Shown: piece by piece, positions 45,011 to 49,271 of the stretch | Layout of the letters: each line of letters begins with the position of its first letter | Numbering within the stretch: position 1 is the stretch's first letter | Assembly: GCF_001194135.2 (NCBI RefSeq) | Contig: NC_069005.1 | Location: forward strand, 6,975,042 to 7,024,312 | Source: Octopus bimaculoides | Taxonomy: Eukaryota | Direction: 5' to 3' | Length of the DNA: 49,271 nt | The notes under the pieces: generated by a model | Told to the model about the DNA's origin: nothing | The model's input: only the letters and a program-made list of their open reading frames with translations | Databases searched by the model: none | Program-made: the position numbers and the translations under genes

Positions 45011-46419
45011 ATTAAGTACCAGTGAAATACTGGGGTCGATGTAATCAACTAGTCCTCTCCACAAATTTCAGGCCTTGTGCCAAAATTTGGAACCATATTC
45101 AGAGCAAAAAACAGGTGACAAACTGACAGAGTTGTTAGCGCAGCAGACAAAATGCTAAGTGGTTTTCCTTCTGGCTCATTATGCTCTTAATCCAAATGCC
45201 ACCAGCATCAACTTCGCTTTTCATCCTTTTGGGGTTGATAAAATAAGTACCAGTTGAGCACTGGGGTCAATATAATTGACAACTCCCTCCCCCAAATTTC
45301 AGACCTCTCTCTCTCTAGCCAGGTAACCATGTACCTCCTCTATAGCAAGACACCTGTTTCTGCCTCTTTGTCTCTCTGTCACACTCTAACCTTTCATTAT
45401 CTGACATAAGATCACCTTTTCCATTGTTCCCTCCCCTCTCAAAATTCCTTGTCTTGCAAGTTACTTGGTGACCTCACCTGTGATGGTGCCACGTACAAGG
45501 CACCCAGTCCACACTGTGAAGTGGCTGGCATTTGGAAGGGCATCCATCTGTAAAAACCATGCCAGAACTAACCTCACCTGTGCTGGTGCCACATAAAAAG
45601 CACTGAGTCCATTCTATGGATTGGTTGGTGTTAGGAAGGGCATCCAGCCATAAAAACCTTGCCAGGACAGATAGTAGCCTGGTGCAGTCCTGGCTGGCTC
45701 CTGTCAAACCATCCAACCCATGCCAGCATGGAAGGCAGACGTTAAACAATGATGATGATGATGATGTGTCTATAGTAGAAAGGGAAAAAAAATTATAGCA
45801 ACGACAAGGCAACAAGAGGGCAGAATCATTAGCCCAGCAGACAAAATCCCTTTAGTAGAAAGAATCATTATGTCTGCTGATTCTTACTATAGCTATAGCT
45901 GACTGAACAGATATGTGACCAAAAGCATTTCATTTCGTCTTTCCTTTGTATCATGCGCGCGTCCGATTTTATGTCATACACAGACCTACTACATAAAACA
46001 GTATGTCCTTTCCTTAAGACGGCTGAGGTGTTTTGAGGGAAATTTGGCTACTGTTTCAGACAGTGCAAGCCGTTAAAGTTAGTTGTTTCGGAATAGATTA
46101 ACCTTAATCGAGCAGACTTTTAAAGCAAATGTGTCCCAACAGTGACCGTCTTGTCCATTAGGAAACGACATTAACTTATGTGTGTTTGCCTACCCAAGAT
46201 ACTAGGACGTGATTTTGTGAGAGATTTGGCAGCTACTTCTAACAAGTCAAGCAACTTCGTATCGGCTCCCTCAGAAGCGGAGATGTACCAAAGTAGAATA
46301 GCTTTAAAAAAAAAGCCAAACGGATTTTCCCAAACAAATCAATCTTTAAGAGAAAGAAATCGAAAGTTTGGATTTATAGTGTAACTAAGCGACCCAATTT
46401 CGCCTCCTCTCTTTGTAAT

Positions 46420-47062
46420 TGTTCCTGTCATTTTTCCCTCTCTGACTGTAACCATCACTCAGTCTCTCTTTCTCTCTCTCTGTCACTCTCTAATTGTGTA
46501 TGCCTCTCTCTCTTTCACTTACTCTCTTTCTCCGTAAGTGTCCTTTTTCTTCTTCTCTCCCTCACTCTTTGTAACTGTACACATCATTGTCTTTCTGTCT
46601 GCCTCTCTCTCTGTAATTGCTTCTCTCACTCACTTTTTCTATAACTGTCTTTGTCTCTCCCTCTCACTCTCTTTCTGTCTGTAACTGTTACTCTCACTTC
46701 CTATTCTCCCTCCCTCCCTCCGTTCCCCTCCTCTCTCTCTCTTTGTCTCTCTCTCTCTCTTTGTCTCTCTCTCTCTCTCTTTGTCTCTCTCTCTCTCTTT
46801 GTCTCTCTCTCTCNNNNNNNNNNCTCTCTCTCTTTGTCTCTCTCTCTCTCTCTTTGTCTCTCTCTCTCTCTTTGTCTCTCTCTCTCTCTTTGTCTCTCTC
46901 TCTCTGTCTCTCTCTCTCTCTGTTATCCCCTACTCTCTCTTTTTTCTCCTCGTCTCTCTTTCTTCCCATTCTCTTTTTCTCCTCCCCCTCTCTCTTTCTT
47001 CTCTCTCTCTCTCTTCCCATACTCTTTTTCCTCCTCTCCTTTCTGCCCCCTCACCCTCTCTC
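46420..47062. repeat. Long (CT)n / CTTTGT compound microsatellite
   Basis: Directly visible. Other compound microsatellites at 3040-3265 (TG), 5890-5985 (TG/AG), 29638-29700 (AAT), 31618-31820 (TAG/CAG), 47500-48080 (TA). Confidence 0.95.
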
Positions 47063-47100
47063 CTAACAGTAATGCAATTACCTAAGCGATCTTGCGGTCG

Positions 47101-47413
47101 TGACGTCACAAACCAGTCCCGAAGTGTTTTTTCTTTCCCCCGAACCACGGAGGCAAGTGAAGTGAGAAATCGTCTTGACAAAGTCTCCCCCTTTTTAAGT
47201 TCCCCCCATTTTTCAATCATCTCAGACAGAAAGGGGGGGGTCTAGGGATTATACACAAACACTTCGTCTAAAATCCATTTGAGGTCTCCTCCTCTCTTTT
47301 ATTACTTTATATATATTTTTTTGGTAGATCTATTTTATTTGTGTTACTTTGGTGTTGTTTGAAGCAGGAATATAACAACAACAACAACAATAAAAAAGTC
47401 TTGTAAGGTAAGT
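47101..47413 (+). promoter_or_regulatory. Possible promoter and non-coding first exon of a gene outside the window
   Basis: Full CRE palindrome TGACGTCA at 47101-47108 in a CpG-containing patch; consensus donor AAG|GTAAGT at 47407/47408. Confidence 0.3.
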
Positions 47414-47497
47414 AAAGGAATGGTTTGTTCTCTTATTTGGCATGCCTGGTATGTTTATACCATCTTGAACAACACAACAGCCTACCCCACTCATGTA

Positions 47498-47549
<52 letters not shown>

Positions 47550-48022
47550 TCTCTATTACATGTACACATTACATCTCACCCATTATATTTATTTATATAC
47601 AGACATATTTACATATATAAATATGGACGTGTATATATATATATATACATATAGACATGTACATTATATATATGTATATATGTATACATATACACACACA
47701 TCTATCTATCTATCTTATNNNNNNNNNNNNNNNNNNNNNNNNNNNNNNNNNNNNNNNNNNNNNNNNNNNNNNNNNNNNNNNNNNNNNNNNNNNNNNNNNN
47801 NNNNNNNNNNNNNNNNNNNNNNNNNNNNNNNNNNNNNNNNNNNNNNNNNNNNNNNNNNNNNNNNNNNNNNNNNNNNNNNNNNNNNNNNNNNNNNNNNNNN
47901 NNNNNNNNNNNNNNNNNNNNNNNNNNNNNNNNNNNNNNNNNNNNNNNNNNNNNNNNNNNNNNNNNNNNNNNNNNNNNNNNNNNNNNNNNNNNNNNNNNNN
48001 NNNNNNNNNNNNNNNNNNNNNN

Positions 48023-48069
<47 letters not shown>

Positions 48070-49271
48070 GATCTATCTATCTATCTCTCTATGGTCGGTT
48101 TGTCACTAGAGTTTTGATGACCCCCTTTAATAAATAACCAAAGCTGATGTAATTTTGCTCGTTTTGCTAGTGTAAGACCAATTATTAATATACTTAAATT
48201 TCGTTTCTTTATATTTTCTTATTTTACTATTTACACACTTTTATATACCCTTGCCACATTGCAATAGTATCGTCCCGAACCGTCCTCGATCTGTTTGTTT
48301 CGCAAACCCCCTCTGTTGTTCATAAAACCATTATTTTTGTTGCTAAGTACTGACTTCAGATTCTATTTCCGTCGATGTCGGCTTTGATTATTTTGTTTAT
48401 CATTCCTTCCCTAATGGGATCGACCAAAAAAGTATGAACAAGCATGTCAATCAAACATCCCTTACAGTTTTGACAGCTTGTAAAAAATCTGTTAGAAACC
48501 AATTAATGTTAGAACCCTTCTTTATTCAAATGTCTACTTTTCCCTTCTTTGATCCTTCAAGTAATCGGTGACAAAACCCCTAAATACCAGTCAACTTTCC
48601 TGGATATCGATTTAATGAGCTGAAAGCCCCTTCTCCCAGCTCTAAATTTCTCTACTTGTTAATAATCATTATTTTAATTATACTAAATATAATAGTACTT
48701 TAGAGCTGGGCATTATTTTCATCCTTTTTCTCCTCACCGGAACCCGATGCCTTGTGTGTCATCATTATTATTATTCCTGTTATTAAAATAAATCAGCGAC
48801 ATTTCTTCCGGTTTTACCGTTCTGAGTTCATTTTCCGTCGAGGTCCGCTTTGCCTTCCATCCTTTCGGTCGGGAGCGATAAAGTAAATACCAGTCGAGCC
48901 CTGGGGGTCGATGCAATCAACTAGCCCCCCCCCCCTCGCCTCAAAAGATCGGGTTTTGATCTTTCAGTTAAAGGGATTATTATTAATATTTCCCTCGTTT
49001 CACCTCAAGTTCTAAGCTTGATGTTCAATTTTTTTTCACAAAGTATGGATGCCCAAAGGAATCACTTTTTGTTAATTGTTCATAGAATTGAAACTCTGTG
49101 AAGTTTAATTAGAATTAATTCGTTTTCACGGATTAGTTTTCTTTCTTCGCTATTAAATTAAATTAAAGTATTAGAAATAACAAGACGTTTAAGGAAATTA
49201 CTGATTTTCATTTTCGCTTTGGTGGTACCATCTTTGAAGGAATGTCTAAATTAAATTATTTCCGTTTTCCA

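Noticed and set aside
46617-47245. Ser/Leu and Glu/Arg repeat ORFs (also His/Thr/Tyr ORFs at 2955-3282 and poly-Thr/Ala at 31469-31906)
   Set aside because: Translations of CT, CA/TG and TAG/CAG microsatellites

Overview
AT-rich, microsatellite-saturated, gapped animal genomic DNA. The repeat families look like those of Octopus, but that is from memory and needs a database check. Two protein-coding genes are well supported, both on the minus strand: a 17-exon pescadillo (PES1/Nop7) gene at 2043-21830, reconstructed by hand with GT-AG boundaries and consistent phases (exon 15 runs into an N gap), and an intronless B3GALT6-like galactosyltransferase at 34318-35340. Most of the rest is repeats: several tRNA-derived SINE families, abundant (GAT)n-tailed 3' ends of a probable RTE LINE, TTAA/piggyBac-like and hAT-like MITEs, a decayed CRE-like RLE retrotransposon fragment, tandem arrays and foldback elements. 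There is no prokaryotic-type system and no CRISPR array. I found no clearly new protein-coding system. The most unusual signals are non-coding: (1) two foldback elements with GGGTAA termini, 6-bp target-site duplications and internal telomere-type repeats; (2) a 334-bp near-perfect foldback built around a tRNA-like gene; (3) a (TTAGGG)7 array that replaces part of a SINE about 230 bp upstream of the PES1 start codon. All coordinates were counted by eye. Exon boundaries were checked base by base; repeat ends are approximate unless TIRs/TSDs are given.
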